Source: Chlorokybus atmophyticus
Lineage: Eukaryota > Plantae > Mesostigma and Chlorokybus algae
Direction: 5' to 3'
NCBI GenBank assembly: GCA_009103225.1
Contig: RHPI01003389.1
Coordinates: forward strand, 124,001-188,000
DNA length: 64,000 nt
Below the pieces are notes generated by a model. The model searched no databases, was not told where the DNA came from, and was given only the letters and a program-made list of their open reading frames with translations. Below are positions 28,420-40,670 of this stretch, piece after piece; the first letter of the stretch is position 1, and the number at the start of each line of letters is the position of its first letter. A program made the translations under genes and the position numbers.

Positions 28420-28548
28420 TATGTGAAAATGTGTTGGTGGTGATGTACTGACTGCATGTGTACAGAAAATGCGAGAGGGGTATGCCCATTCAGACCACAC
28501 CACGCATGCAACACTCTGCAGAACACACTCACCTCGTTAATACATAGG

Positions 28549-28935
28549 CGACCACCGGGCTACCTACTCTACTCCTACACCTACATCTACACCCCCCCCT
28601 GTCAGTCATGCATGCACACGTTGCAATCATGGTTACCTGTACCAGCGCCACCTGGTTAGCGGCCCATTGCAGCAGCCCCAGCGGTCACAAGAGCAGCAGG
28701 ACTTGGACTCCCCCTCCCTCCTCACTTCCCTACACCCTCCCTCCTCCCGCCGTCTGGACGCTCTGCCGACGGCCGCAACTGCATCGCTGCAGCCAGCGTT
28801 AGGGTTTGCGCCCATTGGCGCGCAGCATGCAGTCTCATGCACGGCATGCAGCACACTGCTGTCGCTGCGCTGCTGTGTGATGAATGCGGTGTGCCTTGCA
28901 TGCATGAAACCCGCCTTGCATCTCTTGTACACCCA
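28549..28935. mobile_element. Copy of the CACCACCGGG repeat family
   Basis: Starts ACCACCGGGCTA and ends CATCTCTTGTACAC; inverted homolog of ~8500-8810 and 40490-40670. Confidence 0.65.
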
Positions 28936-29497
28936 TCTTGGTTCCAGTTGAGACATCATACACTGCCCGTGCAGGTGTGCCAAGCATGTGCTGTTGCAAA
29001 TGCACAACTTTGAAGTTCTGCACTACATGTTCTGCGGTTCAATGTCATGAGAGTTACGGGCACCAATGGTGGCTGATTTTACTGCACGAGGGTGCATGTG
29101 CGTGGCTGGGGAGGGGGGGGGGGGGGGTAAAATCTGCGCAAAATGTATCACATATGACATGCAGCTCCATAGTAATACATGCAGCATCGTTTTTGGCATG
29201 CGAACACTTGCGCAAAGGCACTGCTGCATACCGTCTTGCTGTGACGGTTTTGCATGAATGAGTGTTAAATAAGAGTCTCTGAGACAATGTATCCACCACA
29301 AACATCTGACTAACTGCCGTGAGGGAACCCGCACAATGCCAACAGGCCTGCCGGCATTGTGCGGGTTTCCTCATGGCAGTTACATACATCAGTGCAACAC
29401 AATCACTAGTAACTATTCACCAATACAACAGAATGCTGGTTGCAAGGTCTTGGGTATGGAGTTGACCTGCACAGACATTGCATGCCACAGACTAACA

Positions 29498-32158
29498 TCA
29501 GATACCGGTTGATTGCCTGTGTGTAGGGTCTATGAGGTCTATCAGTCCATTGAGGATGAAGCGCGGCATGTATGCATACTGCTGCAAGTGTTCCAACTGC
29601 GTCACGCCGCTCAGCACCAGACAAGAGTCAATGCTCGCCTGCAAAGTTGTTATGTTAGCTGCGCTGAACAACACTTTTTGTTGTGTTGTGCAAAGTCAAG
29701 AACGCCTTGGACCAGCAGTTTGCGGCGTGACAACAGCCCACCTCCAAACCGGCAAGAATGTCTGTGTCCATGCGATCGCCAATGATGATGGTGTCTATGC
29801 GCTTTGACTGCAACACCTCCAGAGCATGCCGCATCATAAGCGGGTTGGGCTGCAAGCAGCAGGTATTGTGAGAAGCCACTCATGTGGTTGTCGTGTTGGC
29901 TTCAACTGTACAAACAGCTTAGTCGTTGGTATCCTACCTTGCCCACATAGTATGGTTTCACACCCGCAGCGGACTCAATTGGGGCAATCAGTGCACCAGC
30001 AGCTGGGATCACCTGTGGAAAGAGTACAGCCCAGAGGCACACAGATATACACGATGAAACGCTGCAAATAATCCAACCAGCTGACAATCACCCCGAGGGC
30101 CCAGCAGCCTGGCCTGACCTCCCCAGGGTGCGTTGGGCTGGGATCGGTCACATCGTGGTTTGTGCCGATCAGCTTGGCGCCATTGAGTATGAGGTGAACA
30201 GCATGAGAGATGCGCTCAAAACTGCCACACAATGATAACGGTTGGACTGTTCTGTCATGCTCTATACTTGCTTGCCAGAAACGGACAAGTCTTTCAGTGG
30301 GTCACCTGTAGTTGCGCGTCTCCCCTACCACCACATAGTCAGGGTTGACGTCGTTCATGGTGAACCCTTCCAAGTACAGGGCCTGAAGCAGCCCGGGTTC
30401 ACCGATAACGTACGCCGTCCCTCTTGGCCGCTGACTGTGCAAGAACTTTGCGGTCGCCTGCTTGCGGCGGTTAACTACTGCATGCGGGTATGCGTCATTC
30501 ACCTCGCAAGCATGCACTCGAGACATGCGCACGCGCGTGCACCGACACACATGTGCACCCATATCAGCACACACGCACATGCACCCGTAACTAAGTTGAG
30601 CTGGCCTGTTGGCAGTACTGGGACACATGCCAAGATGATGCTTGTTGACATCGCGCAGCCGAAACAAACACAAGACTGTGGGACTTGCATGCAAAGAAAT
30701 GCATGAGCTGGTATACACAACTTCGAGTGCGCACGCGCACGCTGGGTGATGCATGCTCAGCTCACAACAACATGGAACTTGACAGAAATTACATGATCTG
30801 AAATTACAAACCAGCGTACCTGAGCAGCAGTGTAGAAGTTTATCTCCTCTGCTTCAACGCCCATGCGCTGAAGTTTCTGCTGCAGCTCCACTGGCGACCG
30901 CTCGCTGCTGTTGGTGAGGAACAGAAAGCGCTTGTCGTTTTGTCGCAGCCAGCTGACAAACTGCTTGAGCACACGACACAACTCAAGCATGCAAACACGC
31001 ACGCAAGTACTCCAACATGCATGTGATATCTTCATGGAGAGATTCAAATAAGACACAAGTGTTGTGCATCATCAACAAAAGTTGACTGAATTTTAGCATC
31101 ATGCAATGGTAACAAGCCTAATCCCAAGACAATTATCTCTAAAGGGTAGTGCAGCATCAGTGCTTTGATGCTGCCATCTGATGGCAGCAAAAAGGCAAGC
31201 TGACTGCTTCCACTACACTGCTGACAACACTACACTGCAAAGCAGTGTATGCCTAAAATTACGTGACTAATCAACTGGTCGCTACGTTACAATGTGGAGA
31301 AGGCAAGAAGTGCTGTCTGTTGTGTTCAGTTCAGAGCCATGGTGCTGTGGCAAGCTCGCAGGGCCCTGGCGCCAAGCTTCGCACCTCCCTGACGCCGGGG
31401 AGCAGCTTGTTGCCGTGGTAAACAACGCCGTCCATGTCGATGATAAACGCCCGCTTCTCCAATATGCGCTCGCGCGTTGCCGCAATGCTCTTCTCTGTTG
31501 GGAACGGTCCTGTCGAATGCACACAATTTCAATAGCGGATCGAAAAAGGCCTGCTTTGTAAACCTGCTTTGGTCTCATTGACTTCTGACAATGTACTGAG
31601 GCCAGCTGATGCTATGCATGGTCATGGGCAGGCACCAGGCACATTGGCATTGCGATGATGTATGCTAGCACAGCAAAGCAGTACTAACAGGTAACGCCTT
31701 GCTCAATCACTACATTACACAAGCCGGTTGGACCAGCGCCTTGCGCAACAGCGTAACATCGCCACTGATCAATAAGAAAGTCTTTACTTACGTAAGTCAC
31801 AGTAGTAAACACTACAGACAGAAGTACATGCACAAGCAGGGTTTGTACCTGCATCTATTTCAAGTTCGAAGCCTGAGGTGGGAACGGAGCCGTCAGCAGC
31901 GGCGGAAGACACGCCCCGTTTGCTGGTGGGCTTGTCCAAGCCGCTGCTCATCAGGCATCCTACTGCCACGCATAGCCCCAGACCAGCCTCACCACCGCCC
32001 GCCCCACCTGCGGAGGCGGCGGCAGCCTTAGCCTGCGCCACAGCCCTGCCAATGCCGGCGGCAGCGGCGACGCTCGAGAACCCTCGCTGCCCGCTCTGCT
32101 CGGCTGCTGCTCCAACGCTCCTCAGCAACCTCCATGACAACCCCACCGTCCTGAACAT
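29498..32158 (-). CDS. nagD: NagD-like HAD-IIA phosphatase with an N-terminal targeting-like extension
   Basis: Nine exons including a 21-nt micro-exon (31564-31584); motif I FIIDMDGVVYHG, motif II FLTNSSERS, PDYVVVGE, motif III GKPNP, motif IV IGDRMDTDILAG; stop TGA at 29498. Confidence 0.92.
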
Positions 32159-33901
32159 GGCTGTAATCTGCACACCAACCCAGCGGCGACGGAGGTGGTC
32201 ACCGACGACTAGAGCAGCTGATCCTGGCTTGACCACTTCACTGTGCCAGCTTTCAACTACCAAGCTGCTTGCTCTGAGCCACAAATGGAACCACCGCTCC
32301 TACTGTACCGTCAATGTGCAGGTGTAGCACACAGGAACAGTGGTCAACGTCGCGCACATGCCTGCGGTAGAGTGCTGCGTCGTCGCCGCCGTCGCTCCTG
32401 CAAGCCACGGCATGGCGCCGCGCGGCTGGCACGTAGCACACCACGCCAATGATGGGATCAGCGTTGCGTCACTGGTGTAGAGCAAGAAATGCCCGGCTGT
32501 GCGATCTGCGCGATGGACGCAGCGGGCGACTACGGCGCCACGCGAGTTCAGAAACGGCGCATCTGACTCGTGCGTCCGACAAATGAAAATCTCATTGCCA
32601 AGCAAGTTGGGTCGGTGGTGGAGCATCACCGATGCGATGGCCACTTGCGACGTTGACTCGTATGGTCCATGAGGGAGTCCTCATTGAGGTCTGTATGAGT
32701 CCATCTTTATATAGTCTCATGACCCTATTGATGGTTGACCAAGTCATCACATACAAGCGCACATTGTGCAAGATAAGATTTGCAATTATGAGTTGAGCCA
32801 CATGACACGTTGCATGTGCGCGACATTAAGTCACGCAATTGCAACATGATTGAAATGATCCAGTTCATGATGTATACATTATATGTGTGATGGCTGCATC
32901 TGGCTGCTTGTGTTGCCCATGCTATACACAACAATGTCTTGTAGATTGTGATATTCCTTACAACATGTCATAATATACCATTTTTGATAAGCGGTTGCAA
33001 TCTGAAAGTAGGTTAAGCTTTTTGTGGTTACCTATGTTTCCGTGTGCATACTCGCTGTTTTTATGCATGACATATTATCATCATCATTTCATACTCATAT
33101 TTGACTGAGTCACATTCATGGTGCCAATTCATAGTCCTTGTATGATACAATCTCAACTTGAAATGAAAGTACTGGCTTGCAGCGCCTCAAACTGTGGCTT
33201 ACATTCTGCTATCAAGTTTGAGTGGATTCGCTGCTCGCTATGCTGCGGGTGCATTCATGTGGTTGCTAACACCGTCAACAACAAAAAGCAATGTCATGCG
33301 CATCTACTTAGGACATGTCAAGCGGCGGCGAAGAATTCCACCGTAGGCATCTTGTGCCAACAGGTACATGTGCACTACCGTTGCGTCTATTGGTAGAGAA
33401 GCCCAACACCCAGCACGCAACTCCTTGCCAACATGGTGCGCAGAAACACCAAAATGTACTACCACAACACTACGTATAAACGCAGCACGCTATGCTAACG
33501 CTATCAATAATGTGTTTGCACTACAACCGGTTGTCACCACCAGCAAACCGGGCTCGGCTTTCCGCCCTCGCAATTGGCAATGTTCTTTGCTATGCAACCC
33601 TCCGGTTCACCCCTGATCAGCCAATTGACCAACCAAGGTGTCCACATGTCACTGCATGGTAATCACTACAGCCATATATACACATGACTAGTTTCATTGG
33701 CATACGCCCTGCCATACATAGAAACCTGGCTGCATGTAAGCCGTGCAGCAAGCTCTACAGACAACAAGTACAGTCACCTGCCACCAATGCAGACGATGCA
33801 GTTGCCGTGAGCACCTGTCTTTGTTTACCCCACCCGTCCACCGCAGGAAGAACGGCTACTCGCACATTTAGGTGAAGGGTGAACTTATTGCTTAGTACTT
33901 A

Positions 33902-36900
33902 CTACTTCATCATCAGTGGGCGCTGCTCCAGACGCTCATTCCAGTTCAGACAGCGGCCGAGTGATCGGAACCAGTCGTCTGTCTGATCCTTTTTGTTGAT
34001 AGTTGGCATTGGGTGCTCGCTCATCCTCACACGCACGGAGTCACCTCGCATCAACTGTTGCCGCTTCTTGCCATCAAAGCACACCCAGGCCGTGCTCCGC
34101 GCATCATCTGGCACCTGGATGCAGAACCATTAGCTAGAACAAATGCACTTTACTGCCATGCCAATATGCGCTGCAAAGCAAGTACGGCTACCATGCACTA
34201 AATACCTTGAGTTCAATGTCTGCCGAATCTGGCAGGATGACAGGCCGGAAAGAGAGGGAATGCGGACAGATGGGAGTGAAGAGGATGCACGCAACATTGG
34301 GATGCACCATTGAGCCACCAGCAGCGACAGAATACGCTGTGCTGCCTGTAGGCGTAGCCAGCATAACACCATCTGCTTGGACTTTTGTGATGAGTCGGCC
34401 TCGTTCGTAGCACTCAATCTTTGAGAGGTACGGGCTAGATCCTCGGTCCACTACCACCTCATTGAGCACCTCAAACGTGCGACCGGGTATCAAGCGCCCG
34501 TGCCGATAGATCTCGCAGCGTAAGCGCATGCGCAGGGTTATGTACACGCCATCTGTAAACTCGTCGCCGTATATGACTTCACGCAGATCATGCTTGTAGT
34601 CGTTGTACTGGTGACTGGTCAAGAATCCCAAAGAGCCAAGGTTGAAAGACAGGACCTGTACAAGCACAACTTAAGTCCCATAGCCAAAAGATGGGGCCAC
34701 GGTAGCGTCAAGCTGCAACTGACCGGCGGGACAGCAGAGGCAAACAGGTTGGATGCATGCAAGATGACGCCATCACCGCCCAGGCACACAACAACGTCAA
34801 TGCGCTCATGAAGGTCCTGCTGTTCTTGCTCAGGAAAGAATGTTTCAACAAAACCAAACCCAGGAACCCGTGCCAGTCTGTGACACAAAGTGACAGCACT
34901 TTAGCCAACAATACCACACATGTCCATAATAATCGAACATATGGATGTGCATGAACACCCACCAACAGATGGACCGACCACTTACACATCATGTACATGA
35001 GGCTCAACGACAACAGTCATGCCCTCTTCGCGATGCAGCCACATTGCCACTTCCTCCGTCTTAGGCTGAAGCTCATCACCCAACTTCGTCAGTAGAAGCA
35101 CGGTCTGTGGCCTGGTCTTCCACATCAACATCTGCTGCTGATTGCTGGGGTGACTGAACGTCAATTGGCTACCGCGTACGCGCTCCTTGGTACAAGTAAA
35201 CCCATCCGTACGCACCAAGAAAATCTCAGCCTGTCCCATCACCAGTTAGGCTATAGCCAAACCACCCAGCATGATGACAAAAATGATTGTAGGCCATTGG
35301 AAGCTTGCCGTTGGAAATTTAGTGCAGTGCAGGATACCAACCATACCTTCTTCTGGCTCTGCAAGCGCACAATGCTGGCTTCCAAAGAGGATTTCACAGG
35401 TCCCATCTTTCTTGCAGTCTCTTGGGTTGCCAGCTCGCCCTTTCCAGATTCGACTCCATTCTCATTCGTTTTCGACACACCATTTGAAGACTGTGTGCTT
35501 AACTTGGCTACTACTCTGACAGCTTCGCGTGTGCCTTGACCCCTGATACATTGGCAACATTTGAACCAACTTAACCACGTCAACCTACTCAATGAGACCC
35601 AATCACAAAGAATGTAGCGTAACTTCTATAGGAAAATGCTACAGGAACACACTCACGACAATAGCTGTGCTTACTTGTATCGCGGCCTTTGGCGCTCCCA
35701 TGGTGAAGCGGTTGCTGGTAGTTTATCTGAGTCAGCGCTTTGCGCTACCTTTGACAACCGCTGAAGAACAACATCTGGTGTCTGTAACGCCATAACATCC
35801 CGCGGCCATGGACAGCTTTGGCCGTTCATGCCTCCATTTGATGTGTCATGAATACCGTTACCAGTTCCATGTCCATAAGTGCCCGCGCTGTCACCGCCAT
35901 GCAGACTTTCCACAATAATGCCATTCTCGGCAACTTGACCCTCCAATAGACTGCCACGACAAGAAAGGCTGTGGGCAAGTTGTTTGAGGATGGACAATTA
36001 TGGCAAAACTGCTGGGCTGCCCCGATTGCTGCCACTGCCAACCATCTAAGCAGTCAACTCATACGCAGCAAAGCAGGACACTTTGCGGCCAACTCACCCG
36101 CTTTGCATTTTCACTGGCTCATCATAGGCCTCCGGCACTACGAGAAATTCACCAGTGCAACTCTGGCCCCCTTCCTCCACCGAACAGTACTGGCGCCATC
36201 GCGTCACCATGACTGCCGTGCGCTGCAAACCCAAATTGGAAAACACAAACATTGGATGGTTTCGCTGATCTTCCACCAAGTCCAGAAACACACTGAACGC
36301 CTCATCACATGGCAGATGTCCTTTGTTCATGGGAACTGCAAATCTGCGAATCTTAGCGGAGGTCTGCATAAGTAAACGCGGTTAGCATTGCATGAACGTT
36401 TGCAGAACCATACTGCCAAGCAACTGAAGTACGAGCCCTGACATACAAACAACATTGGCACTCACCGGAAGATGTGGTGGCATCCACATGTTGCTTTTGT
36501 CCGTTCCACGCAAGTCCACGAAAGCCCGGAACCCTTGGGCTACCAACCAGTCCACCCCGTCCTGGTCAGGCTGGCCCCCAATCCAGAATGCAAACTTGTC
36601 CAGCCCTTCCTGCAGATTATCACCAGCATAAGAGGTGAACAGTACATGTCGCACGCGAACAGTACCTTACAACATGTCGCATGCAGTGCATACTTGAACA
36701 GGGCCTGCAGCAGGAATTATGCCGAGCAAGTCGGGGCTGCCCTCCAGCTCGCGCAGCACGCCCATGAAGTTTGGAATCTCTGCAGGTCCTGGAGCGCCGT
36801 CCGGACGAGGTGTCCCATGGTCATAACAGAGGGCACGCAGTTTGTCAAAGTACTTGCGAATGGGTGCACTGGTGGCTTCCGTTCTTGGATCCGCCTGCGA

Positions 36901-37969
36901 TCAGTCAAGTACATTGATAACATGGAAACGGGGCTGTGCCACACACCAGGTGCTAACCAACCGCGTACAATGACAATGCGTTATTAACTGTATGACAGAA
37001 AACTTCTATATACTGACAGCATGCAATTGCTCACTTCAAGGCCTTTGCGCAGCTGCCCGCAAGCAACACGCATTTCCCGTCGTATCTGTGCCCAATCCAC
37101 TATGCGTGCTACAGTGTCTTCGCCACCATCAGCGCTTTGAAAGACACCTGTGACGTCCTCACCACCGAAAAGGGCCAACCGGGCCCTTTCCAGGATGGCA
37201 TCCATCTGCTGCAACGCCTGAAATACATCTGGATCGAGCATCACCCCCTGCGCCACCACAGCTTCACCTGCAGGGCGTGAGGTCGGCAAAGACATGCAGT
37301 ACTAGCGGTATCTGTCGTCTGATACGCAAAGTGCATGCTTGCTGACCTGAGGCAAACTGCGTGCCTTCATCTCCAACCTTAGGCCCGTCCCGCAAGGCTT
37401 CAATCACGGCACTTTGCAGGCGATCTGATAGCTTGGCAATGCGCACGTAAGCCTCAACCTCCATCAAATCGCATCGCTTGCTGTCCTTGAAGCAACTTGG
37501 CTGCAAAGACGGGCAAATTAGCCTTGTAGGTACCAAGAACATGTGCAGCATGGTATGCAATCAACCGCATGCGCCTACATCACGGCTGCTCTACGGTAAA
37601 CATCTTAGCCACCGTGTGTGTCTGTTGCTCTTCAACAAAATGCACATGCAAACCACGGAACAAAGGCGCAACTACAGTAATGTGTTGTGTAAACACAATC
37701 ACTGCTGAGCGAATTGCTTGCAAAGTACTCACGGGGTATTGCAGGGCATGACATGAAGGCCTTCGATATACGGCTTTTCTCTTGCATTTCCTTGACGAGG
37801 AACTGCATCTCCTTGACTGCAGCAGTGCTGCACCCAAGAATGCGCAGCTCCTGTGCTTGGACGTTGATTGTTTCTGAGGGCGACCGGGCCTGCTGCGCTG
37901 CTGTGCTGAAGCTTTTGAAAAGGGAGACAACACCGGCGCTACCACTGCGGCAACCCTTGCCGCCACCAT
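33902..37969 (-). CDS. NADK2: NAD kinase, plant plastid NADK2-type architecture
   Basis: Transit-peptide-like first exon; [28 protein letters not shown] phosphatase-like domain; NADK motifs [43 protein letters not shown] and [10 protein letters not shown]; stop TAG at 33902. Confidence 0.95.
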
Positions 37970-39166
37970 GGAAAGGCGCCTTTACATGTCACCAACATGC
38001 AGGCACCTCAGCTGCCAACCCTGCAAAGCGCATGCGGATTATCAGATGCAACATGGTAGGTAAACATAAGCCTGCACACACAAGCCAACCCATAACACTG
38101 CCCTTGTTCCAGCACAGCACACGCAAGCACACGCACTTCTTACACTGCACTGCCTGATACTACCCGTCCGCCTTGTACTATGTAAGTGGTGGGTTTCTGT
38201 GCACTACTCACACGCATGTCGCTGCTGTTTGACACGTACATGGGCCAGTAGCTGCAGGCCGCTGTTTGGAACGCATGCGGCGCTAGTAAAGCAGTTTCAC
38301 AGCCTAACCAAATGATGCAACACGCCTTGAATGATGCTGTGCGCGAGCCCGGCAGCCTGGCATGCCAACATGCAGGGTGGAAAGCTGCTCTGCAAACATG
38401 ATGACGGCACTGACGGACATTTTCTAAACTCATGTGAAGGCCGAAGCCTTGTGACAGAGCACGAAGCTGACCGGCAAGAAACAAGCACGCAGTTGTTGCG
38501 CTAACTATGCTTACTCAGAAGAAATACAGAAGACAACCACCTAGCTTGCTTGAAAACCTTACTCACCCATCCACCGCTCCAGCCAGCCAGCCAGCCAGCT
38601 CCAGGCGCCTTCTGGCAACACTCAGCTCTCGCCGCTGAAGGGTAGATCCGCTGACACACAAACCAAATGCAACCCACTGACACCCTTGCCCAACGCGCCT
38701 TAAGACAGCCACCCGGCTGCCCACCTCGCCGCCTCCGCCACCGCCGCTGTGCCCAGATCAAAGACGGTGTTGATGGCTGATATTCTGGATTTCTATATTC
38801 TAAAACAACATTATTAGAGTCGTAAATTTTATATGTATCTTTTATCACTGGTCGCGTCCAGTGCAGACATGCGCACTGCGCGCAGCTGCAAGTCAGCTGC
38901 GAGCGGGCGTGCAGCAGCGGCGCGACAATTGCGACGCACGCTGCGGTTGCGTAGCGGTTGGCGCTTTGGGGCATCGTTCATACTGCAGACCCGCCTGTGC
39001 TGATGCGCATGGCGGCATGTACAAGCACACGGCGGCGGCGGCGGCGGCGGAAGGGGAGGAGGAGGGGGAGGGGGAGGGGGAGGCCAACGACGGGTATAGG
39101 CGGGCGGATAGGAGCTGCTTTCTAGGTAGGTGTGGAGGTGGGATTAGGCTTGGTGCTTAAGGTTGG

Positions 39167-40009
39167 ATGGACTTCTGCCCTACTTGCGGGAACATCCTGC
39201 TAGTGGAGCACACGGACGTGCGTGCGGAGCTGCGCTTCTTCTGCCAGAGCTGCCCTTACGTGTACAGAGTTGAAAAGAAGGTCTGAATGCGTTGCTGACA
39301 AATTTTGCCAATTCTGAGCGATAATTGAGAGATAGCGTGTCCTGCATCCGCCTTACTGGATAGCGTACATGCATACATAGAACAACGCAGTTGCATGCTG
39401 AAGATATTGGTGAAGAGCGGTGTTTCGCATGCGTCGTATGTATGTGTACATTGCGCTCGCGGTTGGTTTTCCGTTCGCATGCTGAGCAGTAAGTAGTAGT
39501 GATTGAGCTGTGGCCGCTTGTTTCATGTTCAGACAAGCAAGAGGCTGCCGCTTGTGCGCAAGCAAGTGGACGATGTGCTTGGTGGGGAGGAGGCCTGGAA
39601 GAACGTTGACCGCACGGAAGGTATGTATGTGTGCGTTCGTACTGTATACTTGGACATGCCAGGTCCTATGCGTGTTCAAGTACACAGTAAGAACATGCAT
39701 AGGGCCTGGCATGTCCATTGAGCGTCACAACATTGAGGTTACACTGCTTGATAGCTGTGCGCTTGCATGTGGTATATACTTATGTGCCTTGCATTGTGTT
39801 CTTCACGAGCAACACCGACTGGCTGATTGAGAATGTTTGTGATTGATTGCATCTCACCGTTGTGCTGTTGTTACACAGTGACCTGCCCCAAATGCAACCA
39901 CAGTCAGGCGTTCTTCATGCAAATCCAGATCAGATCTGCAGACGAGCCAATGTCGACCTTCTACAAATGCTGCAACATACATTGCGGCTACAGATGGCGT
40001 GAGGGCTGA
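39167..40009 (+). CDS. RPC11: RNA polymerase III subunit C11 (RPC10/POLR3K), 110 aa
   Basis: Exons 39167-39280, 39533-39620 and 39879-40009 total 333 nt; MDFCPTCGN...CQSCPY zinc ribbon and TFIIS-like CPKC...QIRSADEPMSTFYKC. Confidence 0.97.
39651..39717 (+). other. Intronic 27-bp stem-loop in RPC11 intron 2
   Basis: TGGACATGCCAGGTCCTATGCGTGTTC pairs fully with GAACATGCATAGGGCCTGGCATGTCCA (two G.U pairs); 13-nt loop. Confidence 0.85.
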
Positions 40010-40489
40010 CTTCATTCACGCATGGGGCCAAACCTAAACTACCTTTACTTTTTCCGGAGACTTCTCAACATCGGCGCACAGCTCATGCTGATGGAGGGAG
40101 TTTTGCATATGTCACCTTCATCCAATGCCTTCAACAACTTGTTGCAAGCACTTGATGACCGTTGCATTGCCACTAGTTAGTCAGGTACGCCTTGCGGTCC
40201 TGCACTACATTATCTGTTCCATCACCTTCGTGGCATGTAAGGCTGAATGCATAGGGTATAGATCAGCGCAAACCATGCACATCCATGCGCACAAAGACTC
40301 CTTCCCTTGATCATGTACACACGTGCATGCAACTCAATGTTGGTGTTGTCGGTTGTTGCGGCATGCACGTGCTTATTACCCTAATGACACGTACTCTTTG
40401 TCAAAAAGTAGCCAGAACGCAATTCATATAAAAGACGCCCATGATGCACTCGAATGTATACTTTTGCGGGGTCCCCAGAAACAACACAG

Positions 40490-40670
40490 CATAGGGAGCG
40501 GGGTGGGAGGAGTCCGTTTCTGCTGCTTGAGTTGCCACTACTGCTGGGGCTGGCCGCTGACCACAGCCACTGTGCAGGTGACTATCACTGCCACTGCCGT
40601 TGCATACATGAGTAACAGGGGGGCAGTAGATGTAGGAGTAGTGTGTAGGGTAGATTCAACCCGGTGGTCG
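40490..40670. mobile_element. Fragment of the CACCACCGGG repeat family
   Basis: GGCTGGCCGCTGACCACAGCC...GTGCAGGTGA...ACCCGGTGGT matches 8650-8810. Confidence 0.6.

Noticed and set aside
32705-32714. TATA box (minus strand) for an ncRNA or for NagD
   Set aside because: Downstream sequence matches no snRNA I recognise and lies ~550 bp from the ATG; unsupported without TSS data
38893-39087. Ser/Pro/Ala-rich ORF upstream of NADK2
   Set aside because: Non-ATG start, derived from GC-rich low-complexity promoter DNA
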